Part shown: positions 25,467 to 35,343 of the stretch, in pieces
Layout: each line of letters begins with the position of its first letter
How positions within the stretch are numbered: position 1 is the first letter of the stretch
Source of the DNA: Minisyncoccota bacterium
GTDB lineage: Bacteria > Patescibacteriota > Minisyncoccia > Phycocordibacterales > VMEP01
DNA length: 64,000 nucleotides
Assembly (NCBI GenBank): GCA_041661305.1
Contig: JBAZUR010000001.1
Coordinates: forward strand, 313,986-377,985
Reading direction: 5' to 3'
Notes under the pieces: model-generated
Seen by the model: the letters and a program-made list of their open reading frames with translations, nothing else
Told to the model about the DNA's origin: nothing
The model's database searches: none
Translations under genes and position numbers: made by a program

Positions 25467-26183
25467 TTATTTAGCAACCTCTTCGCGCATCGATACCCCT
25501 TCTTGGTATGCATTCACGATGCTTTCAACAAAAAGTTTAATACTTGAAGTTGAAGCGTCGTTACCAACAATAGGATATGTAACCACTGAAACATCACAGT
25601 CAGAGTTTGAGACACTGATAACTGGAACTTTAACGTTTTTGGCTTCGACGATTGCAATGGCTTCTTTTTTAGAATCAATAACAAACATTGCACCAGGCAT
25701 ACTCTTTAGAGAAATCAAACCAAAGAAATATCGGTTGAGTCTTCCGAGCTCTAAGTCGATAATAAGACGTTCCTTTTTTGTATAACGTGCAATTGTACCT
25801 TTTTCTTTTTCGTCATTAATTTGCAAAAGTCTTTCTACTCGCTTTCTAATTTCTGAAAGATTAGTCAAAGTTCCTCCAATCCAACGCTCTGTGACAAAAG
25901 GCATATCGATTGATTGTGCTGCTTCTTTAACAATATCGCGAGCTTCTGGCTTAGAACCAACAAAGATAATCTGCTTGCCTTGTTTTCCAAGCTCTCTGAC
26001 AAAATCACAAGCTATCTCAAGCATTTCACTTGTTTTATCAAGATCTATGATATCAGCGTGATTTTTTGAACCTAAAAGTGACTTTTTTATTGATGGGTGA
26101 CGTCTTGTGCGGGAATAGCCGAAATGAGCGCCTGCCTTAAGTAGCGCTTCCATGCTTGGTATTTCTTTAGTATTTTTCTGCAT
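25467..26183 (-). CDS. rpsB: 30S ribosomal protein S2
   Basis: LLKAGAHFGYSRTRRHPSIKK, IIDLDKT, FVGSK, TERWIGGTLTN motifs. Confidence 0.9.
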   Translation of the reverse strand: MQKNTKEIPSMEALLKAGAHFGYSRTRRHPSIKKSLLGSKNHADIIDLDKTSEMLEIACDFVRELGKQGKQIIFVGSKPEARDIVKEAAQSIDMPFVTERWIGGTLTNLSEIRKRVERLLQINDEKEKGTIARYTKKERLIIDLELGRLNRYFFGLISLKSMPGAMFVIDSKKEAIAIVEAKNVKVPVISVSNSDCDVSVVTYPIVGNDASTSSIKLFVESIVNAYQEGVSMREEVAK

Positions 26184-26234
26184 ATTTTAAAATTATTATC
26201 CCACCCCACCCATATATAGAGGGTTAGAAGTTCA

Positions 26235-26264
26235 TATACTAACAAAAAGGCTTATTCTAAGCAA
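26235..26264 (-). promoter_or_regulatory. candidate sigma70 promoter for rpsB-tsf (TTGCTT-17-TAGTAT)
   Basis: Minus-strand reading TTGCTTagaataagcctttttgtTAGTAT, about 50 nt upstream of the rpsB start. Confidence 0.3.
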
Positions 26265-26270
26265 CCCGTA

Positions 26271-27260
26271 TTAGTCTTCGTCTTGTTCTCCCTCCCCTCC
26301 ACTAGGAATCACCCCGTTAAACCCCTCAAACGTCCTAATTATCGGATCTAAGCCCCCAGCGAGTATTCCCTCGATATTGTGCCATGTCTGCTTGATACGA
26401 TGGTCGGTGACACGATCTTGAAGAACATTATACGTGCGAATTTTTTCTGAACGGTCGCGAGTTCCAATCTGGCTCTTTTTTTCAGCAGAAAGCTTATTAA
26501 ACTCTTCTTCTTCTTTGAGCATTGAGAGGCGCGCGGAAAGCATTTCAAAAGCCTTCTCGCGATTTTTCAACTGACTTCTCTCGCTCTGGCAACGCACCGC
26601 AACCCCTGTTGGTTTGTGAATAAGGCGTACAGCCGTTTCAACTTTATTAACGTTTTGCCCACCAGCACCACCGGAACGAGAAAGTTCCATCTCCACATCA
26701 GCCGGAGATATTGTGTATGAAAAACGAGTACGAATCGGTAAAACCGAAACAGATGCTGTTGACGTGTGCACTCTACCTGATTTTTCCGTTGCAGGAATTC
26801 TCTGCACTCGATGAACCCCGGTTTCAAACTGAAGCGCTTCATAAGCTCCCTTTCCTTTTACTTCAAACGAAACTTCTTTATATCCACCAAGTTCACTTCG
26901 CGATTCATCAAGTCTAGTCACAGACCAATTACGAGATTCAGCATATCGCTGATACATAATAGAAAGCTCTTCCGCAAAAAGTGCAGCTTCTTCTCCCCCT
27001 ACACCCGCATACACTTCTAAAATGGCACCGGTTGGTTTTGCCACCTCCTCCTTCTCTGATTCAAAGATTGTCTCAATCTGCTTTTCGATTATTTCTTTTT
27101 GCTCAGAAATTCTTTTTAACTCCTCCTCTGCAATTTCGCCCATGGAAGAATCGCTCTCAACCATAGAGTTTATCTCTTCCTCTTCTTTCAGTAATTGCTC
27201 AAACTGAGTCGCCAGATAAGCGGTCTTTGAGTTCTTCTTCCAGTTTTCAAGATCCTGCAT
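26271..27260 (-). CDS. prfA: peptide chain release factor 1
   Basis: PAT tripeptide ([14 protein letters not shown]) is the RF1-type PxT. GGQ motif [18 protein letters not shown]. Confidence 0.8.
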   Translation of the reverse strand: MQDLENWKKNSKTAYLATQFEQLLKEEEEINSMVESDSSMGEIAEEELKRISEQKEIIEKQIETIFESEKEEVAKPTGAILEVYAGVGGEEAALFAEELSIMYQRYAESRNWSVTRLDESRSELGGYKEVSFEVKGKGAYEALQFETGVHRVQRIPATEKSGRVHTSTASVSVLPIRTRFSYTISPADVEMELSRSGGAGGQNVNKVETAVRLIHKPTGVAVRCQSERSQLKNREKAFEMLSARLSMLKEEEEFNKLSAEKKSQIGTRDRSEKIRTYNVLQDRVTDHRIKQTWHNIEGILAGGLDPIIRTFEGFNGVIPSGGEGEQDED

Positions 27261-27314
27261 AGTGGTAGAAAAAGAAAAAACAGCAATTGCATCGCTGTTT
27301 TTCCGTTTTATTAT

Positions 27315-27548
27315 CTAAGACTTTTTAACTGCTTTCTTAGTAGGTTCTGCGGCTGCCTTGCGCTTTTTGAAACGCTCAACACGTCCGGCGGTGTCGATAA
27401 CCTTTTCGTTGCCAGTATAGAATGGGTGGCAAGCACTACAGATTTCCACCTTAATTTCAGGCAAACCAGAAGAAACGACGTAAGTCGCTCCACAGGCGCA
27501 GGTAGCCTTAATTTCGTCGTTATATTTTGGGTGAATCTCTTTCTTCAT
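27315..27548 (-). CDS. rpmE: 50S ribosomal protein L31
   Basis: MKKEIHPKYNDEIKATCACGATYVV...CSACHPFYTG. Start taken at the internal Met. The ORF track extends to 27617. Confidence 0.85.
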   Translation of the reverse strand: MKKEIHPKYNDEIKATCACGATYVVSSGLPEIKVEICSACHPFYTGNEKVIDTAGRVERFKKRKAAAEPTKKAVKKS

Positions 27549-27713
27549 AAGCCTGTACTTTACTAGAAAGTGTTGAAATTTGCAAATGTTCATTTCTTCT
27601 CTATTTTTAAAATGCACGCCTAATTTTCTGCTGAAAATTGGCTATACTCACGCCGGTCGCGTTCCGTAATGCATTTTAAAAATAGATAAAGGGGGTATTT
27701 ATTCAAAAGCAAA

Positions 27714-29102
27714 TCAAACCCCTTTCAAAAACTCAATATTAGCTTGGATAGTTTCTGCTTTTTGTAAAACCTGCGTGCCATAAAAAGTGTTAACTGGTTT
27801 TCTGTTGTCACAACTTCTACCAGAATAATACCTACACGCCGCATTTCTTTCCGCGGTATAACTTCCACTCACGGCTCCAAGATCAGAGAGATATATCGCT
27901 GTTGCTATAAACGAATGTTCTGGATTCCAAGGATTTGCTTCATTTTGAGAAACACCAACCGAGCTCGCTATTCGTTTTTTAAAAATTTCCCAAGTTGATG
28001 GAATAAATTGTGAAGGTCCCATTCCCCCACCATAACCACGCGATGATGACCACTTCGCTGCTGGTGGACACGAAATGGGAGTAACCTTCCAGTCCATTCC
28101 GAGTCTATTGGTAATATCTTTAAATGGCTCTGTGTCTCTAGGGGACTTCATGACTTTCTCGAAAATCGTTCCAGTATTTTTTCCAACACCATCACCTGTA
28201 TCAATACTAGACAAAATACATGATCCAACATTTTTACCTAAGTCAGATTCCTGAGTAAGAATCGCCAAAATAAGCGCAGGTCGTATACCAGTTTTACTTC
28301 CAGCCAAAGTTGCGTATTCAAGTGCTTTCGCGAAAGAGATTCCATCTGTGTCACGAAGCTTAAACAACGCAGCCCTGATTTGAGCTGCCCTAGCTTGCCT
28401 TTCACTTAGCACAGCTTGATAACCGCTTGCTTCACTTTTTGTAGCCGCTAAAAGCTTCTTTTTTTCTGCTTCCGTTTGCGCAATGGTCTTCTTTTTTACC
28501 TCAACAACATATTTAGCGTCTGCTTCCTCATTTTTCTTTTGGTCCAATCTTTTACGCTCTTCCTCTGTTGTTGCCTTAACCTCTCTAACAAGAGTGAAGT
28601 GCTGTCTCATTTCATTTTTTATTGAACTAAACGAATCAATGTCCTGAAAGAACTCGGAAAGGTTCCTGTTGGACAACATAACTTCAACCACAGACTCTTC
28701 GTCTATCTCGTTTGTTTTTCTGATAATTTGCGCCAACGACTGACGCCCGTCGTCAAGTTTAACCTCAAGGTCTTTTATTTTTTTACTCTTCTCGTTAATC
28801 TGTTTTCCGAGCTGAGAAATAGCTAGATTTTTTTGCCTGATCATTAATTCTGCCTCTCTTATTTTAGCCGTGAGGATAGTGACGTCTCCCTGAATAGTAT
28901 TCGCCTTTTTACGCGTCTCGTCTAAAACCATCTGCCATGTATTAATTTCTTTTTGAAGTGCGTCGTATTCCGCTTGAAGCTTTGCTTCTTGCTGATTGAT
29001 AACATCTGCTGTTTGAGCATTAGCGCCCAGAGAAAAAAGTACCGAAAAAGATGTCGCCAAAAATACGACTAGGAATATTTTAAAAGGATGGCGAAGTATC
29101 AT
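27714..29102 (-). CDS. secreted coiled-coil protein with C-terminal lytic transglycosylase / lysozyme-like domain
   Basis: Signal peptide (MILRHPFKIFLVVFLATSFSVLFSLGANA, internal Met; track ORF extends to 29183). About 250 aa of coiled coil. C-terminal ILAILTQESDLG ... resembles an SLT/GEWL fold. Confidence 0.55.
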   Translation of the reverse strand: MILRHPFKIFLVVFLATSFSVLFSLGANAQTADVINQQEAKLQAEYDALQKEINTWQMVLDETRKKANTIQGDVTILTAKIREAELMIRQKNLAISQLGKQINEKSKKIKDLEVKLDDGRQSLAQIIRKTNEIDEESVVEVMLSNRNLSEFFQDIDSFSSIKNEMRQHFTLVREVKATTEEERKRLDQKKNEEADAKYVVEVKKKTIAQTEAEKKKLLAATKSEASGYQAVLSERQARAAQIRAALFKLRDTDGISFAKALEYATLAGSKTGIRPALILAILTQESDLGKNVGSCILSSIDTGDGVGKNTGTIFEKVMKSPRDTEPFKDITNRLGMDWKVTPISCPPAAKWSSSRGYGGGMGPSQFIPSTWEIFKKRIASSVGVSQNEANPWNPEHSFIATAIYLSDLGAVSGSYTAERNAACRYYSGRSCDNRKPVNTFYGTQVLQKAETIQANIEFLKGV

Positions 29103-29255
29103 AATAGCTAAAAAGAAAAACTGGTGTATTGATTTCAGGAAAATTACACCATCTATATATTCTATCTTACTGAATACTTTCAAGCCACACGACGAAAAAA
29201 TTAAAAAACAGAATGATTTGGCATTCTGTTTTTTGTGTTTACTTTGTAGATTGTC

Positions 29256-29900
29256 CTATTTTTCCTCTTCTTCTGCTCCGGACTCTTCTTTCTTACCTTT
29301 CTTTTCAACTTCAATTGCAGAAAGGTCAATTGCTGCAACCGGTGCCTCTTCTTCTTTGGCTGCTTCTGATACCAAAGCAACGATTTCGTCACCTTTTGTT
29401 AAGACGGTAACACCTTTTGGCATTTTAATGTCACTAACGGTAACGTGTCCGTCAATCGCAACAATAGAGGAAACATCAACAACAATGTTGTGTGGTAAAT
29501 CTTGTGGTAGAGCTTCAACCTCAATTTCGTGAAGAACCTTAACCAATATTCCACCAAAATCTTTAACTGCTGGAGAAACCCCTTCAAACTCTAGAGGAAC
29601 TTCAATCTGGGTCTTTTTATCTTTTTCAACAACATAAAAATCAACATGAATAGGCTCGTGGCGGATTGGGTCATACTGCACTTCGTGAACCAAAACATCA
29701 GTATTGCCATTTGATCCAGTTAGACGCACAAGTGATGATTCCCCTGCTTCTTTTAGTACTTTTTTAAACTGAACAGTATCAACAGAAAATGAAGTTGATT
29801 TTGCTTTTGGTCCGTAAAATACAGCGGGAATACGCCCGTTTTTTCGTACGGTGGCAAGATTTGCCTTCATGTCTCGTTCTTCTATTGCTAGTTCAAACAT
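29256..29900 (-). CDS. rplY: 50S ribosomal protein L25 / general stress protein Ctc (long form)
   Basis: KANLATVRKNGRIPAVFYG ... HVDFYVV. C-terminal beta-barrel domain and acidic tail. Confidence 0.8.
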   Translation of the reverse strand: MFELAIEERDMKANLATVRKNGRIPAVFYGPKAKSTSFSVDTVQFKKVLKEAGESSLVRLTGSNGNTDVLVHEVQYDPIRHEPIHVDFYVVEKDKKTQIEVPLEFEGVSPAVKDFGGILVKVLHEIEVEALPQDLPHNIVVDVSSIVAIDGHVTVSDIKMPKGVTVLTKGDEIVALVSEAAKEEEAPVAAIDLSAIEVEKKGKKEESGAEEEEK

Positions 29901-29966
29901 GGCGGACATTATACACAACCAAATAAAATTGTGAAGTCTTTGTAAGACAACACTTTTTTAAAGATA

Positions 29967-30833
29967 TTAAACACCACTAAACATTAAAATATATCTTTTT
30001 ACAAAATCCTTTAGGTCGTCAACCACAGCAGAGTCGTATTTATATGGAGCAACCTGATTCTCCTCAATACTTTTATCAACAGCCTCTTTGGTTGATTTTT
30101 GATACAGCACTCTCATCTCTGTACTTATATGGACAATTCTTATACCGGCACGAATAGCCTCCTTAAAATCTTCTTCTGAAATACCAGAACCACCGTGTAA
30201 GACTAGCGGTGTGTTAATTTTATTTTTTATATCTCTAATAGAAGAGATACTAAGAGCTGGGTTGCCAATACCTTTAATAAAACCGTGAATGTTGCCGACT
30301 GACGGTGCAAATAAATCAATTCCCGTGGAGTTTACAAAACTCTCTGCTTCCTCTGGCTTTGTAAAATTCTTAAGGTCAATTCCTTCTGGAACTGTATCAA
30401 TAACCTGTGAGGACATTCCGATATATCCAATCTCTGCTTCAATAAGAACATCTTTACCGCTCGCCTTAGCGTAATCAACACACTGCTTAGTAATTTGAGT
30501 ATTATCTCCAAGTAAAAGTTTTGCTCCGTCAAAAATAACAGCGTCAAAACCAGCATCGATTGCTTCTTTAACGCGCTCAAATGAATAGGAGTGGTCTGCA
30601 TTTAAAAAGATTGGAAAATCATGTTCTTCGCGCAAACTACGCACTAAAGCGACAATTTGCTCCACTCCAATATAATCCCTCTCCCCCTCAGAAACACCAA
30701 CAATAACCGGCTGATTTAGCTCTTTTGCGGCCTCAAAAACGCCTTTTAGCATCTCCAGATTTGAGACATTGAAGTGCCCAATCGCAACACCCTTCTCGTC
30801 AGCCTCCTTAATAACCTCTCTTAATGATTTCAT
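29967..30833 (-). CDS. fba: fructose-bisphosphate aldolase, class II
   Basis: VAIGHFNVSNLE, LNADHSYS, LVLHGGSGISEEDFKEAIRAGIRIVHISTE. Confidence 0.85.
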   Translation of the reverse strand: MKSLREVIKEADEKGVAIGHFNVSNLEMLKGVFEAAKELNQPVIVGVSEGERDYIGVEQIVALVRSLREEHDFPIFLNADHSYSFERVKEAIDAGFDAVIFDGAKLLLGDNTQITKQCVDYAKASGKDVLIEAEIGYIGMSSQVIDTVPEGIDLKNFTKPEEAESFVNSTGIDLFAPSVGNIHGFIKGIGNPALSISSIRDIKNKINTPLVLHGGSGISEEDFKEAIRAGIRIVHISTEMRVLYQKSTKEAVDKSIEENQVAPYKYDSAVVDDLKDFVKRYILMFSGV

Positions 30834-30882
30834 TTGAAAATATTATACCACGTGCTTCGAAAGCGTGTTAAAATATGTTTGT

Positions 30883-31869
30883 ATGAGTTTTGACATCATT
30901 GCAATTGGAGATACGGTCATCGACGATTTCATTCGCCTCGACGATTCTTCTGGCGGTTCTGTTAACGAAGAAAAAAATCTTCTTTGTATACCATTTCGAA
31001 ATAAGGTTCCTTTTGAGTTTTCAAAACTAGTCTCTGCTGTTGGCAATAGTCCAAACGCGGCCGTTGCCGCATCTAGACTCGGATTGAAGTCGGCCATAGT
31101 GACAAACGTTGGACATGATGCCAACGGAAAATTGTGTATTGATACACTTCGAAAAGAATTGGTCTCAACAGATTTTGTGCGTCAACATGATGGTAAAAAA
31201 ACAAACTATCACTACGTTTTGTGGTTTCAAAATGATCGCACCATTTTAATAAAACACGAAAATTTCCCATACGAACTACCTCACTTTGAAAACCCAAAAT
31301 GGCTTTATCTAAGTTCTCTTGGGGAACACTCTCTGTCTTTCCATGAAACTATAGCTGAATATTGTGCCGAGAACCCGCGCGTTAAACTCGCCTTTCAGCC
31401 AGGCACATATCAAATGAAATTTGGACGCGAATCACTTCGTCATATATATGCACGAACAGATTTTTTTATCTGTAACATAGAAGAAGCACAGCTCATACTA
31501 AACACTAACGAAAAAGACCCGAAGAAATTACTTGGAATGATGCGTGCGCTCGGACCAAAAATTGTTGTCCTAACAGATGGACCAAATGGCGCATATCTGT
31601 CGCACGCCGAAGACAATTGGTTTATTCCGCTTTATCCCGATCATCGTCCTGCTTACGAACGCACTGGCGCAGGAGATGCTTTCGCTTCTACGTTTGTTTC
31701 CGCACTCGCTTTAGGTAAAAGCCCTGTTGAAGCATTCACGTGGGCACCGGTAAATTCCATGTCTGTTGTACAAAAAATCGGCGCGCAAGAAGGACTTCTT
31801 TCTCGCGAAAAGCTTGAGGAATTATTAAAAGCTGCCTCCCCGGCAGAATATCTTCCCAAAAAAATCTAG
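30883..31869 (+). CDS. PfkB-family carbohydrate kinase (ribokinase / possible 6-phosphofructokinase)
   Basis: N-terminal GG-type motif IIAIGDTVIDDF. C-terminal anion hole GAGDAF. Embedded in the glycolysis/PPP cluster. Start at the internal Met MSFDII. Confidence 0.65.
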   Translation: MSFDIIAIGDTVIDDFIRLDDSSGGSVNEEKNLLCIPFRNKVPFEFSKLVSAVGNSPNAAVAASRLGLKSAIVTNVGHDANGKLCIDTLRKELVSTDFVRQHDGKKTNYHYVLWFQNDRTILIKHENFPYELPHFENPKWLYLSSLGEHSLSFHETIAEYCAENPRVKLAFQPGTYQMKFGRESLRHIYARTDFFICNIEEAQLILNTNEKDPKKLLGMMRALGPKIVVLTDGPNGAYLSHAEDNWFIPLYPDHRPAYERTGAGDAFASTFVSALALGKSPVEAFTWAPVNSMSVVQKIGAQEGLLSREKLEELLKAASPAEYLPKKI

Positions 31870-31877
31870 TTTTAAAA

Positions 31878-32891
31878 TTACGATTTCAAAAGACGAGCGA
31901 GCGAAAGAACCTCGTTGGCCGCTTTTTTGATTGAACCAACTCCCATTTCGTAATGTTCTATAAGCTCTTCTGGCTTACCAGATTGTCCAAATAAGTCTTT
32001 AACGCCAACGAATTTTATGGGTGTCGGCAATTCCGAAGACAAAAGTTCTGAAATAACACTTCCCATTCCTCCCGCAATTTGGTGTTCCTCTACTGTAACA
32101 ATTGCGTGATATTTGCGAGCAAAATTTAACACAGCTTCTTTATCGAGAGGTTTTATTGTCGCAAGATTCATAACCCCAACAGAAATTCCTTCTGTCTCAA
32201 GTTCACGCGCAGAAACAAGAGCTTTGTGAACAAGTGCTCCCGTAGCAATGATTCCAACTTTTTTATCATAAGAATTTTCCGTCTCGTAAAACACCTGCGC
32301 TTTACCAATTTCAAACGGAGTATCATCTCCCGTAATGATTGGAGTTTTTTCTCTTGCAAGACGAATATAAACTGGACCATTAAATTTTGCAGCAGCAATT
32401 GTCGCTTTCTTCGCTTCAATAGAATCACACGGAACAAGTACTGTCATTCTTGGAATAACACGAGTCAAAGCAATATCCTCAACAGCCTGATGAGTTCCAC
32501 CATCTGGACCAACAGAAATTCCCGCATGAGAGCCAACTATTTTGGCATTAACATTGTTATAGCAAATAGTCGTGCGAATCTGCTCCCAATTTCTTCCAGG
32601 AGAAAACATCGCGTATGACGTAAAGAACGGAATCTTTCCCATTACTGCCATTCCCGAGGCAACTGCCGCCAAATTTTGCTCAGCTACACCCATTTCAATA
32701 AATCGTGCAGGAAATCTCTCTTTAAACAGATGCATTTGTGTTGATTCTGTAAGATCAGCGCACAATCCAACAACTCTGTCATCTTGTGTTCCAGCAATTA
32801 ACAATCCTTCACCAAAACCCTTTCGTATTGGTAGCTGTTCAACGTCAACATCGAAAAGTTTTGGATTTAATTTTATATCTTTGTTTAACAT
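31878..32891 (-). CDS. transketolase, C-terminal subunit (pyrimidine-binding plus C-terminal domains)
   Basis: RKGFGEGLLIAG...GVAEQNLAAVASGMA... pyrimidine-binding pattern. Directly follows the N-terminal subunit gene with a 3-nt gap. Confidence 0.85.
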   Translation of the reverse strand: MLNKDIKLNPKLFDVDVEQLPIRKGFGEGLLIAGTQDDRVVGLCADLTESTQMHLFKERFPARFIEMGVAEQNLAAVASGMAVMGKIPFFTSYAMFSPGRNWEQIRTTICYNNVNAKIVGSHAGISVGPDGGTHQAVEDIALTRVIPRMTVLVPCDSIEAKKATIAAAKFNGPVYIRLAREKTPIITGDDTPFEIGKAQVFYETENSYDKKVGIIATGALVHKALVSARELETEGISVGVMNLATIKPLDKEAVLNFARKYHAIVTVEEHQIAGGMGSVISELLSSELPTPIKFVGVKDLFGQSGKPEELIEHYEMGVGSIKKAANEVLSLARLLKS

Positions 32892-32894
32892 ATT

Positions 32895-33758
32895 CTAATG
32901 TGCTTCACTTTCAATTTGTCCGTGTAAAGTGCGGAGTTCTTTTAAAGCCTGTGCTCCTTGCTCTTTATTTGGGGTAACGCCATGCCACCTAAAATCACGC
33001 TCAAACTCTGGTACTCCTTTTCCTGGAATTGTGTGCGCAATAATAACTGATGGTTTTTCAAAAATCGCACGAGCCTGTTCTACCGCCTCAATAATTCCCT
33101 GAAAATTATGTCCGTCTATTTCTTGCACGTGCCAACCAAATGATTCCCATTTTTCGTGAAGTGGTTCAAGGGGCATAATGTCTTCCGTAAATCCGTCTAT
33201 TTGAATGTTATTTCTATCTATAATTGCTATAACATTACGGAGTTTTTCTTTACCAGCAAGCATTATAGCCTCCCAGTTTTCACCAGCATCAAGCTCCCCA
33301 TCGCCCAATAAGCAGTAAAAAAAGTGTGGAGTGGAACGACCATGGTCTATTCTATCGGCAAGAGCCATACCGACCGTTTGTGAAAGTCCTGAACCAAGCG
33401 GTCCAGATGACGTTTCTACAAATGGAAGCCATTCACGGTGTGGATGACCCTGCAGTCGAGACCCAAACTTTCGAAGTGTTTTTAATTCCTCCACTGGAAA
33501 GTATCCAGCGTGAGCGAGTGTCGCATAAAGTACAGGACAAATGTGTCCGTTTGAAAGTATTAACCTATCGCGTTCATCCCAGTTGGGTCGCTTCGGGTCG
33601 TGCTGTAAAAAATGAAAATAGGCAGCAGTAAAAATGTCTGTCATACCAAGCGGTCCAGCTGTATGACCAGAACCAGCCTCCATAAGCATACCAATAATAG
33701 ACTGGCGAATTTCATTCGCCTTAAGTTCTAAAAATTTAATTTCTTTGTCAGATAGCAT
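32895..33758 (-). CDS. transketolase, N-terminal subunit (TPP-binding)
   Basis: GSGHTAGPLGMTDIF ... LSNGH ... CLLGDGELDAG. Confidence 0.85.
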   Translation of the reverse strand: MLSDKEIKFLELKANEIRQSIIGMLMEAGSGHTAGPLGMTDIFTAAYFHFLQHDPKRPNWDERDRLILSNGHICPVLYATLAHAGYFPVEELKTLRKFGSRLQGHPHREWLPFVETSSGPLGSGLSQTVGMALADRIDHGRSTPHFFYCLLGDGELDAGENWEAIMLAGKEKLRNVIAIIDRNNIQIDGFTEDIMPLEPLHEKWESFGWHVQEIDGHNFQGIIEAVEQARAIFEKPSVIIAHTIPGKGVPEFERDFRWHGVTPNKEQGAQALKELRTLHGQIESEAH

Positions 33759-34425
33759 TGTTTGCTGTGTTATAAAGATCTCCTATTGCACCGTGAGTAT
33801 TTTCATTTTTAAATATCGCAGATCCAGCAACCAAACGATTAGCGCCCGCGTTTACAAGATCTGAAACATTACTCATTCCCACTCCACCATCAACACTTAT
33901 TATAACATCAGGAAATTTTTTTCTAAATGAGGATATCTTTTCAATAACCCTTTTATCAAATGGTTCACCTTGAAGACCTATTGTCGCAATACCCATAAAC
34001 TGAACAAAATCTATATCGGTAATAAATTTTTCCAAAACTTCATTGGGTGTATCAATATTTAAAGCTAAACCAACTTCTAAATCTTTTTCTTTCGCAAGTG
34101 CAATCGCTTCACTTATTAATTCTGTACTTTCAACATGGAGTATTATTCTCGAAGCACCAATCATTACAAACCGGTCAATTTCTTTTTCGGGATTTTTAAT
34201 CATCAAATCAAATTCGTAATCAATTTCTTCCCAGTTTGGTAATCCTTCGAATTCAAACTCAAACGCTTTGGCATCAAAAGAAATATACGGCCATGTTTTA
34301 CCACGAACAAAAATTCCATCCATCACATCAATTTGCACCCATGGAGCAGAACCAACAACACGCGAAATGTGTTCTTCTAAATCGTTTAAACTTCGTGGCA
34401 TTACCGCCGGAATAATTTCAATCAT
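33748..34425 (-). CDS. rpe: ribulose-phosphate 3-epimerase family protein
   Basis: IDVMDGIFV, ILHVEST, VDGGVG...AGANRLVAGSAIF TIM-barrel motifs. Overlaps the tkt-N start by 11 nt. Confidence 0.7.
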   Translation of the reverse strand: MIEIIPAVMPRSLNDLEEHISRVVGSAPWVQIDVMDGIFVRGKTWPYISFDAKAFEFEFEGLPNWEEIDYEFDLMIKNPEKEIDRFVMIGASRIILHVESTELISEAIALAKEKDLEVGLALNIDTPNEVLEKFITDIDFVQFMGIATIGLQGEPFDKRVIEKISSFRKKFPDVIISVDGGVGMSNVSDLVNAGANRLVAGSAIFKNENTHGAIGDLYNTANNAI

Positions 34426-34438
34426 AGTGGATTAGCGA

Positions 34439-34810
34439 TTAGGCTTTAGGTGTTAGCTTATTAATACTAGAGATTAAACCATTCAACATTTTCATAACTT
34501 CATTGAGTAACTGCTCTACATCAGAATAATCTAGATTGGATGTTTTAGGAAGTTTCTTAGCCAGCTCAACTTGAGTTTCTAGTTCCCCACCAGAACCAAA
34601 AGCAATCAATAAAAAATGTCTAAATTCTTTACTACCGCCCCTAAGTTTTCCTTCAGCAATATTTGAAGGGATAGACACGACTGCCCGCCTCATTTGCGAA
34701 GTAAGCCCGTAAATCTCCTCTTTAGGAAAATTCTCCGTTAAACAGTACACCTTTACAGCCAAGTCCATCGCCTTGCTCCAAACTAATAAATCCTTGTACG
34801 TTTTACTCAT
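34439..34810 (-). CDS. four-helix-bundle protein (TIGR02436 / 23S rRNA-intervening-sequence protein family, Avd-like)
   Basis: DLLVWSKAMDLAVKVYCLTENFPKEEIYGLTSQMRRAVVSIPSNIAEG matches the family signature. Confidence 0.7.
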   Translation of the reverse strand: MSKTYKDLLVWSKAMDLAVKVYCLTENFPKEEIYGLTSQMRRAVVSIPSNIAEGKLRGGSKEFRHFLLIAFGSGGELETQVELAKKLPKTSNLDYSDVEQLLNEVMKMLNGLISSINKLTPKA

Positions 34811-34841
34811 AATTACTAGTGCCTAGAGCCTAACTGACCAA

Positions 34842-35294
34842 CTAATTATCTAGTTGGTCTAATTTGGCTATTCGCCTTTTGTGTCGTTCCTCACCAGAAA
34901 ATTCGGTCTCAAGCCACATTTTAACAGCCTGTTTAGCTTCTTCTTCGCTGACAAAGCGCGCGCCGATAGAAAGAACGTTTGCGTCGTTATGTTCACGAGA
35001 AAGACGCACGATAGTGCCCGCACCACCATAATAAACAACTGCGCGAACCCCCTTAAAACGGTTGGCAACGATTGCCTCCCCTTGTCCAGAACCACCAAGG
35101 ACAATCCCTTTAACTTCTCCTCCGCCATCCGCAACTTCTTTAGCTACTTCTGATACATGGTCGGGGTAATCGTCTTCTGGATCAAAAGAAAACGGTCCTT
35201 CGTCTGTTACTTCATACCCAAGGTCAATCAAAAACTGTAAAAGTTTTTCTTTCAAATCGTACCCTGCGTGATCAGAACCAATGAATATCTTCAT
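34842..35294 (-). CDS. rpiB: ribose-5-phosphate isomerase B (RpiB/LacAB family)
   Basis: MKIFIGSDHAGYDLKEKL ... GIVLGGSGQGEAIVANRFKGVRAVVYY. Confidence 0.85.
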   Translation of the reverse strand: MKIFIGSDHAGYDLKEKLLQFLIDLGYEVTDEGPFSFDPEDDYPDHVSEVAKEVADGGGEVKGIVLGGSGQGEAIVANRFKGVRAVVYYGGAGTIVRLSREHNDANVLSIGARFVSEEEAKQAVKMWLETEFSGEERHKRRIAKLDQLDN

Positions 35295-35343
35295 AGAAAA
35301 TTATAAATATTTAATTTCAAATTTTTAAATAATGTCATAATGT

